Positions 33,821 to 42,829 of a DNA stretch of 57,774 nt are shown in pieces. The translations under genes were made by a program, and so were the position numbers. Every line of letters starts with the position of its first letter. Position 1 is the stretch's first letter. Location of the stretch: positions 336,616-394,389 of the forward strand of contig CAVZJB010000009.1 of assembly GCA_963775425.1 (NCBI GenBank). Direction: 5' to 3'. The notes below the pieces were generated by a model, which did not search any database, was not told the DNA's origin, and was given only the letters and a program-made list of their open reading frames with translations. The DNA is from an uncultured delta proteobacterium. GTDB taxonomy: Bacteria > Myxococcota > UBA727 > VGSZ01.

Positions 33821-34483
33821 GTGAGCAAGTCCCAGACCCCCTCGTGGCTCGTTTCCCAGGAAGGACCGGAGCGCCCGCCCCCGTGGGCGACGTCGAGCGA
33901 AGGGGAGCCGGTTCCCTACCTGGGCGCACCTTCCGCATCGCCGCCGGGCGCGGCCCCGCCGGCGACGCCACCCGCGCGCGACGACGGCACGCCCCTCGCG
34001 GCGCCGCCGACCCCGTCGCGCTCGCCCGATCCCGCGCGCGAAGAGGCGGACGCGAAGGCGCAGCGGGCGAACGCGATGCAGCGCGTCGCGCTCGCCATCG
34101 CCAAGCTCGAGGAGCTGCGGGACGACCTCGTGGAGCAGGCGCGCAACGATGCCGTCGAGCTCGGGCTCCTCATCGCGCGCGAGGTCGTCGGCGCCGAGCT
34201 GCGCGCCGGCCATGACGTCGCCGTGGCCGTGGCGCGCGACGCCATCGCAAGCGTGGGCGCTGCACACAGCATCACGGTCCGCGTTCACCCCGACGACGTC
34301 GCGGCCGTGGAGATCGCGGGGCTCGCGGGCCCCGACGGCGGCCTCGTCGACGTCGTCGGCGACGCGCACCTGCGCCCCGGCGACGTCGTCGTCGACACCG
34401 AGAGCGGCCACATCGACGCCCGCATCGACACGCGCCTCGACGTCGTCATGCAGAGCGTGCGCACCGCCGTGGAGGCAGCGTGA
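33821..34483 (+). CDS. fliH: flagellar export ATPase regulator FliH
   Basis: 220 aa from GTG. Pro/Ala-rich N-terminus, then the FliH/YscL C-terminal domain (AIASVGAAHSITVRVHPDDV...LVDVVGDAHLRPGDVVVDTESGHIDARIDTRLDVV). Stop overlaps fliI GTG. Confidence 0.75.
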   Translation: MSKSQTPSWLVSQEGPERPPPWATSSEGEPVPYLGAPSASPPGAAPPATPPARDDGTPLAAPPTPSRSPDPAREEADAKAQRANAMQRVALAIAKLEELRDDLVEQARNDAVELGLLIAREVVGAELRAGHDVAVAVARDAIASVGAAHSITVRVHPDDVAAVEIAGLAGPDGGLVDVVGDAHLRPGDVVVDTESGHIDARIDTRLDVVMQSVRTAVEAA

Positions 34484-35865
34484 GCCCCGACGGCGCGGCG
34501 GGCGTTCGCCTCTTCGACCTCGCGCGGGTCGCGCGTGCGGCGGAGCGCGCGCCGCGGCACACCGTCTCCGGGCGCGTGGTGCGCGCCACCGGCCTCGTCG
34601 TCGAGGCCGCGCTGCCATCGGTGGCCATCGGCGCCGCGTGCGAGATCGCCGTCGACGACGGCGCGGTGCTCGCCGAGTGCGTCGGCTTCAACGGCGAGCG
34701 CGCCATCCTGGTCCCCCTCGGCGACGTGCGCGGCATCCGAAGCGGGGCGCCGGTCACGCCGCTCGGCCACGCCGTCGACATCCCCCTCGGCGATCGCCTG
34801 CTCGGGCGCGTGGTGGACGCGCGCATGAAGCCGCTCGACGGTGCGTCGGCTCCCGCGCTCGACGAGCGCGCCCCGCTGGTCGCGTCGCCGCCGCCGGCGA
34901 TGTTCCGCCGTCGCATCGCGAGCCCGTTCGTCACCGGCGTCCGCGTCATCGACGCGCTGCTCGCCTGCGGCGAGGGCCAGCGCGTAGCCATCATGGCCGG
35001 CGCGGGCGTGGGCAAGAGCGTGCTGCTCGGGATGCTCGCGCGGCACTGCGAGGCGGACGTCACGGTGGTTGGCCTCGTCGGCGAACGCGGCCGCGAGGTG
35101 CGCGAGTTCATCGAACGCGACCTCGGGCCGGACGGCCTCGCCCGCTCCGTCGTCGTCGTCGCCACCGCGGACACGCCGCCGCTCGAGCGCGTGCACGCCG
35201 CGCTCGCGGCCACCGCGGCGGCCGAGCACTTCCGCGCGCAGGGAAAGCGGGTCTTGCTCCTCGTGGACTCGCTCACGCGCGTGGCGATGGCGTTGCGCGA
35301 GATCGGGTTGGCGGCGGAGGAGCCGCCGACGTCGAAGGGCTACCCGCCGTCGGTCTTCGCCGCGCTGCCGCGCCTCGTGGAGCGCGCCGGAAACGACGAG
35401 GGTCCCGGGAGCATCACGGCGATGTACACCGTGCTCGTCGAGGGGGACGACCTGTCGGATCCCGTCGCCGACGCCGCGCGCGCGGCTCTCGACGGCCACG
35501 TGGTGCTCTCGCGCAAGCTCGCGGGGCAGGGACACTTCCCCGCCGTCGACATCCTGCAGAGCGTGAGCCGCGTGATGCTCGATGTCGCTTCACCCGACCA
35601 GCGTGAGCTTGCCCGCAAGGCGCGCGACGTGCTCGGCGCGCTGCACGAGTCACAGGATCTGGTCGACGTCGGTGCGTACGTCGCGGGCAGCAACCCGCGC
35701 GTGGACCACGCGCTCGCGGTGAAGTCGGCGCTGAACGCGTTCCTGCGCCAGCCGCCCGAGGAGAAGATGTCGCTCGAGGACACGTTGCGCGCTCTCACGG
35801 CCGCGCTCGGTGCTCCGAACGGCGCAGCGCGCGGGCGTAGACCCGAGGAGTCACGGCATGCGTGA
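34480..35865 (+). CDS. fliI: flagellum-specific ATPase FliI
   Basis: 461 aa. Walker A MAGAGVGKSVLLGMLAR. LLLVDSLTRVAMALREIGLAAEEPPTSKGYPPSVF. Walker B region TVLVEGDDLSDPVADAARAALDGHVVLSR. F1/T3SS-ATPase fold. Confidence 0.95.
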   Translation: MSPDGAAGVRLFDLARVARAAERAPRHTVSGRVVRATGLVVEAALPSVAIGAACEIAVDDGAVLAECVGFNGERAILVPLGDVRGIRSGAPVTPLGHAVDIPLGDRLLGRVVDARMKPLDGASAPALDERAPLVASPPPAMFRRRIASPFVTGVRVIDALLACGEGQRVAIMAGAGVGKSVLLGMLARHCEADVTVVGLVGERGREVREFIERDLGPDGLARSVVVVATADTPPLERVHAALAATAAAEHFRAQGKRVLLLVDSLTRVAMALREIGLAAEEPPTSKGYPPSVFAALPRLVERAGNDEGPGSITAMYTVLVEGDDLSDPVADAARAALDGHVVLSRKLAGQGHFPAVDILQSVSRVMLDVASPDQRELARKARDVLGALHESQDLVDVGAYVAGSNPRVDHALAVKSALNAFLRQPPEEKMSLEDTLRALTAALGAPNGAARGRRPEESRHA

Positions 35866-36490
35866 TGCGCGCTTTGAAGAGATTGGCCGCCTGCGACGGG
35901 CGCTCGCCGCCGTCATCGTTCTGGCCGGCGTCGTCGTCACGGGCGGCGCTGCACCGGCGGCAGCGGGCCCTCCGATCGACGACCCGCCGGCGCCGGCGAA
36001 GAAGCCGGAGCCCGCGCCGCTGGTGGTGCCTGCGCAGGCGTGCAGCGATCCGGCGGCGGGCGCGCTCTCGATGAAGGCGCTCGTCGCCGAGCTCACCCGC
36101 GTGCACACGCGCCTCGAGGACGTGAAGAAGGAAGAAGCGAAGTTGCAGGCGCAGCGAGACAAGCTCGAGAAGGAGACCGCCGACGCCAAGGAGAGCCTCG
36201 AGGCCGAGCGCGTCGACCTCGATCTGCGGCGCCAGGAGCTCGAGAGCTTCCGCATCGAGCAGGACAAGCCCAAGGGCCCGAGCGCGGACGACATCGCCGC
36301 CGTCGCCGGCCTCATCAAGAAGATGCGGGCCGACAAAGCCGCGGCCGTGCTCGAGCGCACAGACCTCACGCTCGCCACCGAGGTGGTGCGCGGGATGGGG
36401 CGCGTGAGCGCGGCGGCGCTGCTCGAACGGCTGAAGCCCGAGCTGGCGGCGCAAATCGCCGAGCGCCTGGCGAAGGAGCCGGCGAAGTGA
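35858..36490 (+). CDS. membrane-anchored coiled-coil protein with a MgtE_N-like C-terminal domain (YlxF/MotE/FlbB-like flagellar protein)
   Basis: Internal ATG MRDARFEEIGRLRRALAAVIVLAGVVVTGG (one TM). Lys/Glu coiled coil (EDVKKEEAKLQAQRDKLEKETADAKESLEAE). C-terminus IAAVAGLIKKMRADKAAAVLERTDLTLATEVVRGM resembles the MgtE_N fold also found in FliG. Occupies the slot between fliI and fliK as ylxF does in Bacillus-type fla operons. Confidence 0.6.
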   Translation: MRDARFEEIGRLRRALAAVIVLAGVVVTGGAAPAAAGPPIDDPPAPAKKPEPAPLVVPAQACSDPAAGALSMKALVAELTRVHTRLEDVKKEEAKLQAQRDKLEKETADAKESLEAERVDLDLRRQELESFRIEQDKPKGPSADDIAAVAGLIKKMRADKAAAVLERTDLTLATEVVRGMGRVSAAALLERLKPELAAQIAERLAKEPAK

Positions 36491-36503
36491 AGGAGCCGCG
36501 GCT

Positions 36504-37526
36504 ATGACCTCGACGATCTCGTCCCCCGCGACGGACCCCGGCGCGCGCGCGGCCGACGCGGGCGGCGCGCGCTCCGACGGAGCCACGCCCACGAACGGAA
36601 AGCGCGCCGATCGGTTCGACGACGAGATGACGGCGGCGAGCCGCGACGTTCACGACGACGCGGGCCCGGCCCGCGAGCGCCGCGCCTCCCGCAAGGACGA
36701 CGACCAGCGCAGGCCCGAAGACGGCGACGGCCGCGCCGCGCTCGCCGCCGGCGCGAACCCCGCGCACGTCCCACAGCCGGTCGCGCACGCGGCTCACGCC
36801 GTGGACGCAGACGTCACCGCGCGGATGGTGGAGCGGGCCGCGCTCGCGGCGGGGCCAAAGGCGAAGGCGGCGCGGGCGGCGGGCGCGGCGGCGGCCGCGC
36901 CGACGCCGACGCCGTCGCCGTCGACAACGGACCCGAAGGGCAAGGGGAGGGCCGGGGACGACGACGGCAAGCAGGCCGGCAAGCCCGCGGGCGACGCGAG
37001 CGGCGCCGCGCAGCACGCCGCGCAGGCCACCCACGCGCACGCGGACGCGAAGAGCGCACCGCCGCCCCCCGTGGCGGCGCCGAACCGCGCGCCGGCGACG
37101 CCGGATCGCGCGCCGGCCGCGGCCCACGCGCTCTTTTCGCGTGACGACGTCCAGGGCGTGCTCGCGGGCCACGTGGCGCGCCTGCACGTGGACGTCGGCG
37201 CGGCCGAGCCCGTGTCGATCTTCGTACGCACGCGTGACGGCGTCGCGAACGTGTCGGTCCAGGCCCCGCCGGGGACGGCCCCGCTCACCGAGCGCGGCGT
37301 GCGCGCGGCGCTCGCGTCCGAGGGCCTCTCGCTCGGCAGCTTCGACTCGCGGCAGGGAGACGGCTCACAGGGCGATCCCGCCGAAGCGGCGCGCGGCCCC
37401 GCGCTCGCCGCCGCCCGCGGGCCCCGCGTCGCCGGCGCCGCGCCCGTCGCCGAGGACGTCGCGCGCGGGGGCGACGTCGCGCGTGTCACCGGGAGCGCCC
37501 GCAGGCGCGTGTCGGTGCGGGCGTGA
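36504..37526 (+). CDS. fliK: flagellar hook-length control protein FliK
   Basis: 340 aa. Ala/Pro/Asp low-complexity N-part. C-terminal FliK_C-like core (GHVARLHVDVGAAEPVSIFVRTRDGVANVSVQAPPGTAPLTERGVRAALASEGLSLGSFDSRQGDG). GAAGGAG 9 nt upstream. Confidence 0.8.
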   Translation: MTSTISSPATDPGARAADAGGARSDGATPTNGKRADRFDDEMTAASRDVHDDAGPARERRASRKDDDQRRPEDGDGRAALAAGANPAHVPQPVAHAAHAVDADVTARMVERAALAAGPKAKAARAAGAAAAAPTPTPSPSTTDPKGKGRAGDDDGKQAGKPAGDASGAAQHAAQATHAHADAKSAPPPPVAAPNRAPATPDRAPAAAHALFSRDDVQGVLAGHVARLHVDVGAAEPVSIFVRTRDGVANVSVQAPPGTAPLTERGVRAALASEGLSLGSFDSRQGDGSQGDPAEAARGPALAAARGPRVAGAAPVAEDVARGGDVARVTGSARRRVSVRA

Positions 37527-37554
37527 GCTGGGTTTCACAACGACGGAGGACGAG

Positions 37555-38241
37555 ATGGACGTGAGCACGCTCGTAGCGGCGGCGGACCCGACGGCGACGC
37601 CGTCGACGGCGACGCCGGTGGGATCGAACAACCTCGGCAAGGACGAGTTCATGAAGCTCCTGATGGCGCAGCTCGCGAACCAGGACCCGACGTCGCCGCA
37701 ATCGAGCGAGGCGTTCGTGGCACAGCTCGCGCAGTTCGCGTCGCTCGAGCTGCAGCAGAACACCAACGGCAACCTCGAGTCGCTCCTGGTGGCGCAGGCC
37801 GCCAACAACCAGACATCCGTGGCGCAGCTCGTGGGCAAGGACGTCGTCTACAAGGCCGACCACGTCGATCTCAAAGACGGCAAGGCGACGGAGCTCGACC
37901 TCGACCTCAAGGGCAAGGCCGGCGATGTCGTCGTCACCGTCACCGACGAACACGGCAACGTGGTCCGCACCGAGCACCTCGGCGCGCACGACGCGGGCTC
38001 CGCGTCCTACACGTGGGATGGCCGCGACGAGCGGGGCAACCCGCTGCCCGACGGCGCCTACACCGTCTCCGTCACCGCCGTCGACGCGTCGGGCCAGCCG
38101 GTGGACGTCGAGGTAGGTGCACGTGGGCACGTCGACGGCGTCACCTTCACCGACGGAGCGGCCAAGCTGTTGGTCGGATCGCTCAAGATTTCGCTGGGCG
38201 ACGTCGTTTCGGTCTCTGAGCCCAGCACGGAGACCCCATGA
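37555..38241 (+). CDS. flgD: flagellar hook assembly (capping) protein FlgD
   Basis: 228 aa from internal ATG. LGKDEFMKLLMAQLANQDPTSP (FlgD N-terminal motif). C-terminal FlgD Tudor/Ig-like domains (YTWDGRDERGNPLPDGAYTVSV). Stop overlaps flgE ATG. Confidence 0.92.
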   Translation: MDVSTLVAAADPTATPSTATPVGSNNLGKDEFMKLLMAQLANQDPTSPQSSEAFVAQLAQFASLELQQNTNGNLESLLVAQAANNQTSVAQLVGKDVVYKADHVDLKDGKATELDLDLKGKAGDVVVTVTDEHGNVVRTEHLGAHDAGSASYTWDGRDERGNPLPDGAYTVSVTAVDASGQPVDVEVGARGHVDGVTFTDGAAKLLVGSLKISLGDVVSVSEPSTETP

Positions 38242-39512
38242 CCCTGTTTTCCTCCCTCTACATCGGCGCCAGCGGCCTCGCGGCCAACAGCCTCGACCTG
38301 TCCGTGGTCGGCGACAACATCGCCAACTCGAACACCATCGGCTTCAAGGGGAGCCGCGCGGCGTTCGAGGACGTGCTCGGGCAGAACCTCATCGGCGGCT
38401 CCGGCGAGCTCGGGATGGGCGCGCGCCTCCAGGCGGTGCAGAAGCTGCTCCAACAGGGCGCGATCACGTCGACGGGCATCGCCACCGACCTCGCCATCCA
38501 GGGCAACGGCTTCTTCCAGGTGAAGGGCCCCGATGGTCCGCTCTACACGCGCGCGGGCAACTTCACGCTCGACCAAAGCGGGTTCCTCGTGAACCTCGAC
38601 GGCCTGCGCGTCCAGGGCTTCGCCGGCGACGTCAACGGCGTCCTCGGCCGCTCCCTCTCCGACCTTCAGCTCGCGGACGCCACCACGCCGCCCAAGGCCA
38701 CGACCTCGGCGGTGGTCCGCGCCAACCTCGACTCCGGGGCGTCCGTGCTGCCGCCGTTCGACATCAACGACGTCAGCGGCACGTCGAACTTCTCGACGAG
38801 CGTCACCGTCTTCGACTCGCTCGGTGCGTCGCACCAGGTCGACCTCCACTTCCGCAAGGCGGCCGACGGCTCCTGGGAGTGGCACGCGGTCACCGACGGC
38901 AGCAACGTCGACGGCGGCACCGCCGGCACCCCCGTCGAGATCGGCGGCGGCACCATGACCTTCGACGGCGACGGCAACCTCGTCGACGCCACCGGCACTG
39001 CCGTCAGCTTCGACCCGGCCGGCGCCGCCGGCGCCCAGACCATCAACTTCGACCTCGGCGACCCGACGTCGACGGGCGGCACCGGCGCAGCCGGCATCGT
39101 GCAGCAGGCGGGGACGTCGGCGGTGCGCTTCCTCTCCCAGGACGGCTTCTCCGCGGGCACGCTCGCGGGCGTGAAGGTGGACGAGCAGGGAAACGTGGTC
39201 GGCACCTTCACCAACGGCGAAACGCGCACCCTCGCGCAGGTGGCGCTCGCGGACTTCCCGGCGGCGGACCAGCTCGAGCGTGTCGGCGGCAACCTCTATC
39301 GCGCGCTGCCCGACGCCGGGGACGTCAACGTCGGCGCGCCCGGCAGCGGCGGTCGCGGCACCATCGTGGCGGGAGCGCTCGAGCAGTCCAACGTCGACCT
39401 CGCCTCGGAGTTCGTGCGCATGATCGTCGCTCAGCGCAGCTTCCAGGCGAACAGCAAGACCATGACGACGGCGGACTCGCTGCTCGCCGAGCTCATCCAG
39501 ATCAAGAGGTGA
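38238..39512 (+). CDS. flgE: flagellar hook protein FlgE
   Basis: 424 aa: MTLFSSLYIGASGLAANSLDLSVVGDNIANSNTIGFKGSRAAFEDV ... SEFVRMIVAQRSFQANSKTMTTADSLLAELIQIKR. Confidence 0.95.
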   Translation: MTLFSSLYIGASGLAANSLDLSVVGDNIANSNTIGFKGSRAAFEDVLGQNLIGGSGELGMGARLQAVQKLLQQGAITSTGIATDLAIQGNGFFQVKGPDGPLYTRAGNFTLDQSGFLVNLDGLRVQGFAGDVNGVLGRSLSDLQLADATTPPKATTSAVVRANLDSGASVLPPFDINDVSGTSNFSTSVTVFDSLGASHQVDLHFRKAADGSWEWHAVTDGSNVDGGTAGTPVEIGGGTMTFDGDGNLVDATGTAVSFDPAGAAGAQTINFDLGDPTSTGGTGAAGIVQQAGTSAVRFLSQDGFSAGTLAGVKVDEQGNVVGTFTNGETRTLAQVALADFPAADQLERVGGNLYRALPDAGDVNVGAPGSGGRGTIVAGALEQSNVDLASEFVRMIVAQRSFQANSKTMTTADSLLAELIQIKR

Positions 39513-39516
39513 GCCG

Positions 39517-40017
39517 GTGAACAAGATCATCGTCGCCGTCCTCGGGGTGAACACGCTCCTCGCCGCCGCCGCGCTCGCGCTCCCGTTGCTGCGCGCGTCC
39601 GCCGGCGCGCCTGCGACGGCCGAGGCCGAGGGGGCGGAGGCCACCGGGCACGCCGACAACGGCGACAAGGCCGCGCCCGTCGGCGCCGGGAAGGACCGCG
39701 CCGGCGAGCCGGGTCCGGGGCCCATGGTCTCGGTCGACAACATCGTCGTTCACCTGCGAAATCCGGAGATGGACCGCTACGCGCGGGTGGCCTTCAACGT
39801 CGAGCTGTCGAAGCCCGACGACCTCGCGTCGTTCCAGTCGGCCCTGCCGCGCGTGCGTGACGCGATGATCTCGCTGTTGAGCGACCGCACCGCCGAGCAG
39901 CTCGCGGGCTCGGCCGGGCTCAAGGCGCTCAAGGACGACGTCACCGCGCGCACCTCCGCCGTCATCGGCGAGGGCCATGTCCGCGGCGTCTACATCACGG
40001 ACTTCGTGGTTCAATAA
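39517..40017 (+). CDS. fliL: flagellar basal-body-associated protein FliL
   Basis: 166 aa from GTG. Single N-terminal TM, then VSVDNIVVHLRNPEMDRYARVAFNVELSK ... VRGVYITDFVVQ (FliL C-terminal signature). Confidence 0.85.
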   Translation: MNKIIVAVLGVNTLLAAAALALPLLRASAGAPATAEAEGAEATGHADNGDKAAPVGAGKDRAGEPGPGPMVSVDNIVVHLRNPEMDRYARVAFNVELSKPDDLASFQSALPRVRDAMISLLSDRTAEQLAGSAGLKALKDDVTARTSAVIGEGHVRGVYITDFVVQ

Positions 40018-40967
40018 TGGCGACCCTCGACGAAGCCGAAGTGCGGGCGATCGACGAAGCCATGGCGATGTCGTCGCCGGCGGAGCGCTCGGCGCGCCCG
40101 CACGCCCTCGTGCAGCCCGACAACGGCGCGCGCGCTTTGCTCGTCGGCGTCACGCGCGTCGCCGAGGCCGCGAGCCGCGCGGTGGAGTGCGGTCTGCGCG
40201 TCGCGCTGCGCGCGGCGTGGGACGTGACGGCGCGGGAGCCCCGCGTCGTCGACGGCGTCGTGGTCCCGCCCGGCACCCGCGTGCTCGGCCTCGTGCTCGG
40301 CGACGGCCGAGGCGCGGAGCAGGGCGCGCTCTTCATCGACGAGGCCGCCGGTCACCGGGTCGCGCTGTCGTCGCTCGGCGCCAACGCCGACGACGCCCCG
40401 CCGCCGCCGCGCCTGAGCCGTGTGGACCGGCAGCTCGTGAGCCGCGTGCTGCGGACGGTGCTCGAGGAGCTCGCTCCGACACTTCCCTGCACCGGCGCCG
40501 TCTGTGACACCGGCGGCGACATCGAGCGCGCGCTCGAAGACGTGCGCGCCGGCAAGGCGGTCATCCTCGAGATGGACGCGCGCGGGCCGTTCGCGCTGCG
40601 CGTCACGGTGGTGCTGCCCTCGGCCTGGACGGGGGCGGCGGCGCCGCGCTTGCCGTCGGCGACGCGCTCGCTGGCCGAGCACGTGCCCGAGGTGGAGATC
40701 GATCTCGTGGTGGAGCTCGGGAAGCTCGCCTTGACGCTGGAGCAGCTCGTGGCGCTGCGGCCCGGCGACCTGCTGCCGCTGTCGACGACGGAGAAGTCGG
40801 CGCTGCCGGTGTTCCTCCAGGGGGAGCGCCGCTTCACCGCCAGACCCTTGGCGCACGACGGCCGGATCGCCGTCGAGATCGTCAAGAATGACGACGCCTC
40901 GCCGATTGAGGTTGTGAGCGCCGGCGGAGATCCGTCGCGCGCGCCCAACGAGAGAGGCGAGCGATGA
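40017..40967 (+). CDS. fliM: flagellar motor switch protein FliM (divergent N-terminus, SpoA-type C-terminal domain)
   Basis: 316 aa. C-terminal LGKLALTLEQLVALRPGDLLPLSTTEKSALPVFLQGERRFTARPLAHDGRIAVEIV is the FliM/FliN surface-presentation-of-antigens fold. Position between fliL and fliN. Confidence 0.8.
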   Translation: MATLDEAEVRAIDEAMAMSSPAERSARPHALVQPDNGARALLVGVTRVAEAASRAVECGLRVALRAAWDVTAREPRVVDGVVVPPGTRVLGLVLGDGRGAEQGALFIDEAAGHRVALSSLGANADDAPPPPRLSRVDRQLVSRVLRTVLEELAPTLPCTGAVCDTGGDIERALEDVRAGKAVILEMDARGPFALRVTVVLPSAWTGAAAPRLPSATRSLAEHVPEVEIDLVVELGKLALTLEQLVALRPGDLLPLSTTEKSALPVFLQGERRFTARPLAHDGRIAVEIVKNDDASPIEVVSAGGDPSRAPNERGER

Positions 40968-41317
40968 TCGAAAAGACCGACGACGCGGGCCCGTTCGAAG
41001 CGAGGACGGACCCCGCCATGCCGCTGACGCCCGCGAGCGTGCGCTCGCAGGAGGCGGAGCCCTTCGACCGCATCGAGATGTTCCTCGACGTCGGGCTGGA
41101 CGTCCGCGTGGAGCTGGGGCGCGCGAGCATCAGCATCCAGCGGGCGATGCGGTTGCAGGAGGGCTCGGTCATCGAGCTCGACAAGATCGCCGGCGACCCG
41201 CTGAACGTCGTCGTCAACGGGCGCATCGTCGCTCGTGGCGAGGCCGTCGTCATCGGCGAGCGCCTGGGCGTTCGCATCCTCGAAGTCCTCCCCGCCGAGC
41301 GCACCCGCGCCCGCTGA
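40964..41317 (+). CDS. fliN: flagellar motor switch protein FliN
   Basis: 117 aa: DVRVELGRASISIQRAMRLQEGSVIELDKIAGDPLNVVVNGRIVARGEAVVIGERLGVRILEV is the SpoA domain. ATGA overlap with fliM. Confidence 0.9.
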   Translation: MIEKTDDAGPFEARTDPAMPLTPASVRSQEAEPFDRIEMFLDVGLDVRVELGRASISIQRAMRLQEGSVIELDKIAGDPLNVVVNGRIVARGEAVVIGERLGVRILEVLPAERTRAR

Positions 41318-41329
41318 ACGGAGCCCCCG

Positions 41330-41908
41330 ATGAACGCCCTGTTGCTCGCGGTCGCCCTGGCGGCGACCGCTCCGGATGCCCGCGTGACGCGAGAGCTCGA
41401 TGAGGCCCTCGCCGTGGCCCCCGCCGCGCCCCCCACGACGGCGCCGCTCGCTGCGGCGCCCCCCACGACGGCGCCGCTCGCAACGGCGCGCCCGACGACG
41501 GAGCCGCCGCCGCTCGTGGTCGGGGCGCGCGCGCCCGAGACGGGCGCGTTCCCGTGGGTGGCCGGCGGAGGGCTGGTGGCGCTCGCGGGTGCCGCGTGGC
41601 TCGCCGCACGCAGGAAGCGGGGCGCGCGCGGTTCGCTCTCGGTGGTGGAGAGCACGGCGCTCGGCAAGGGCCGCGCGGTGGTGATCGTCGACGTCGAGGG
41701 CCGCCGGATCCTCCTCGGAGTGACCGACCACGGCATCACCCTGCTGTCATCGCTGCCGGCGCACGAGGGCGAAGCGGCGCCGGCGCGCGAGGCCCCGCTG
41801 CACGATGAGCGTCGGCCGTCGTTCGACGACGCGCTCTCCTTCACCGACGAGGTCACCGACGAGGACACGCGGCTGCGCCAGAAGCTCGCCGCCGGGAGGA
41901 GCTCGTGA
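41330..41908 (+). CDS. fliO: flagellar biosynthesis protein FliO (FliZ-type), with an internal tandem-repeat linker
   Basis: 192 aa. Signal/TM N-terminus. ALGKGRAVVIVDVEGRRILLGVTDHGITLLSSL is the FliO core. Precedes fliP with a 4-nt overlap. Confidence 0.8.
   Translation: MNALLLAVALAATAPDARVTRELDEALAVAPAAPPTTAPLAAAPPTTAPLATARPTTEPPPLVVGARAPETGAFPWVAGGGLVALAGAAWLAARRKRGARGSLSVVESTALGKGRAVVIVDVEGRRILLGVTDHGITLLSSLPAHEGEAAPAREAPLHDERRPSFDDALSFTDEVTDEDTRLRQKLAAGRSS
41426..41512. repeat. three tandem 30-bp units (two near-identical, one degenerate) encoding APPTTAPLAA repeats inside fliO
   Basis: GCGCCCCCCACGACGGCGCCGCTCGCTGCG / GCGCCCCCCACGACGGCGCCGCTCGCAACG / GCGCGCCCGACGACGGAGCCGCCGCCGCTC, read directly from the sequence. 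Confidence 0.85.
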
Positions 41909-42573
41909 ACGCCGCCGACGCCATCCAGATCGGCGTGCAGGGCGGCGGCTCTGCGGCGGTGAAGGTCTTCCTCCTCCTCACGGTGCTTTCGTTCGCGCCC
42001 GCCATCGTCGTCTCCGTCACGTCGTTTACGCGCATCGTCATCGTGCTGTCGTTCCTGCGCCAGGCGCTGGGCACCCCGCAGCTCCCGCCGAACCCCGTTG
42101 TCATCGGCCTGGCGATCTTCCTGAGCGCGTTCATCATGCGCCCCACTCTCGAGCGGCTGCACGACGACGCCGTCGCCCCCTACCTCGACGACAAGATCGG
42201 CTACCAGGAGGCGCTCGACAAAGGCGGCGCCGACCTCAAGGGCTTCATGTTGCCGCAGACGCGCGAAGAGGATCTCGCGCTGTTCTACGACATCGCCGGC
42301 GAGCCGCGCCCCGCGAGCGTCGACGAGATCTCGACGTCCATCGCGGTCCCCGCGTTCATGGTCTCCGAGCTCACCACCGCGTTTCGTATGGGGCTCACCA
42401 TCTTCATCCCGCTCCTCGTCGTCGACCTGCTCGTCTCCGCTGTGCTCATGTCGCTCGGCATGATGATGGTGCCGCCGCAGATGATCTCCCTGCCGCTCAA
42501 GATCGGCGTGTTCCTCCTCGCCGACGGCTGGCACATCGTCGTGCTCAACCTGGCCCGGAGCTTCCATGGGTGA
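41905..42573 (+). CDS. fliP: flagellar export apparatus protein FliP
   Basis: 222 aa: IVIVLSFLRQALGTPQLPPNPVVIGLAIFLSAFIMRPT ... TAFRMGLTIFIPLLVVDLLVSAVLMSLGMMMVPP. Confidence 0.95.
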   Translation: MNAADAIQIGVQGGGSAAVKVFLLLTVLSFAPAIVVSVTSFTRIVIVLSFLRQALGTPQLPPNPVVIGLAIFLSAFIMRPTLERLHDDAVAPYLDDKIGYQEALDKGGADLKGFMLPQTREEDLALFYDIAGEPRPASVDEISTSIAVPAFMVSELTTAFRMGLTIFIPLLVVDLLVSAVLMSLGMMMVPPQMISLPLKIGVFLLADGWHIVVLNLARSFHG

Positions 42574-42829
42574 CATGCCCGGCGGGCTCGTCCGCGAAGC
42601 GTTCGCGCTGCTCGCGCTCGCGGGTGGCCCCTTCGTCGGCGCCCTCCTCGTCGCCGGCCTCATCGTCGGCGTCCTTCAGGCGGCCACGCAGATCAACGAC
42701 CCCGCCGTCAGCTTCCTGCCGCGCATCCTCGTCGGCATCCTCGTCGCGTGGCTCGCGGGCCCCATGGTGCTGGAGCGCCTGGCGACGTTCTTCGCCAGCG
42801 CCCTCGAGCGCGTCGGGTCCGGCCCGTGA
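42566..42829 (+). CDS. fliQ: flagellar export apparatus protein FliQ
   Basis: 87 aa, two-TM hairpin. PFVGALLVAGLIVGVLQAATQINDPAVSFLPRIL. Confidence 0.92.
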   Translation: MGDMPGGLVREAFALLALAGGPFVGALLVAGLIVGVLQAATQINDPAVSFLPRILVGILVAWLAGPMVLERLATFFASALERVGSGP

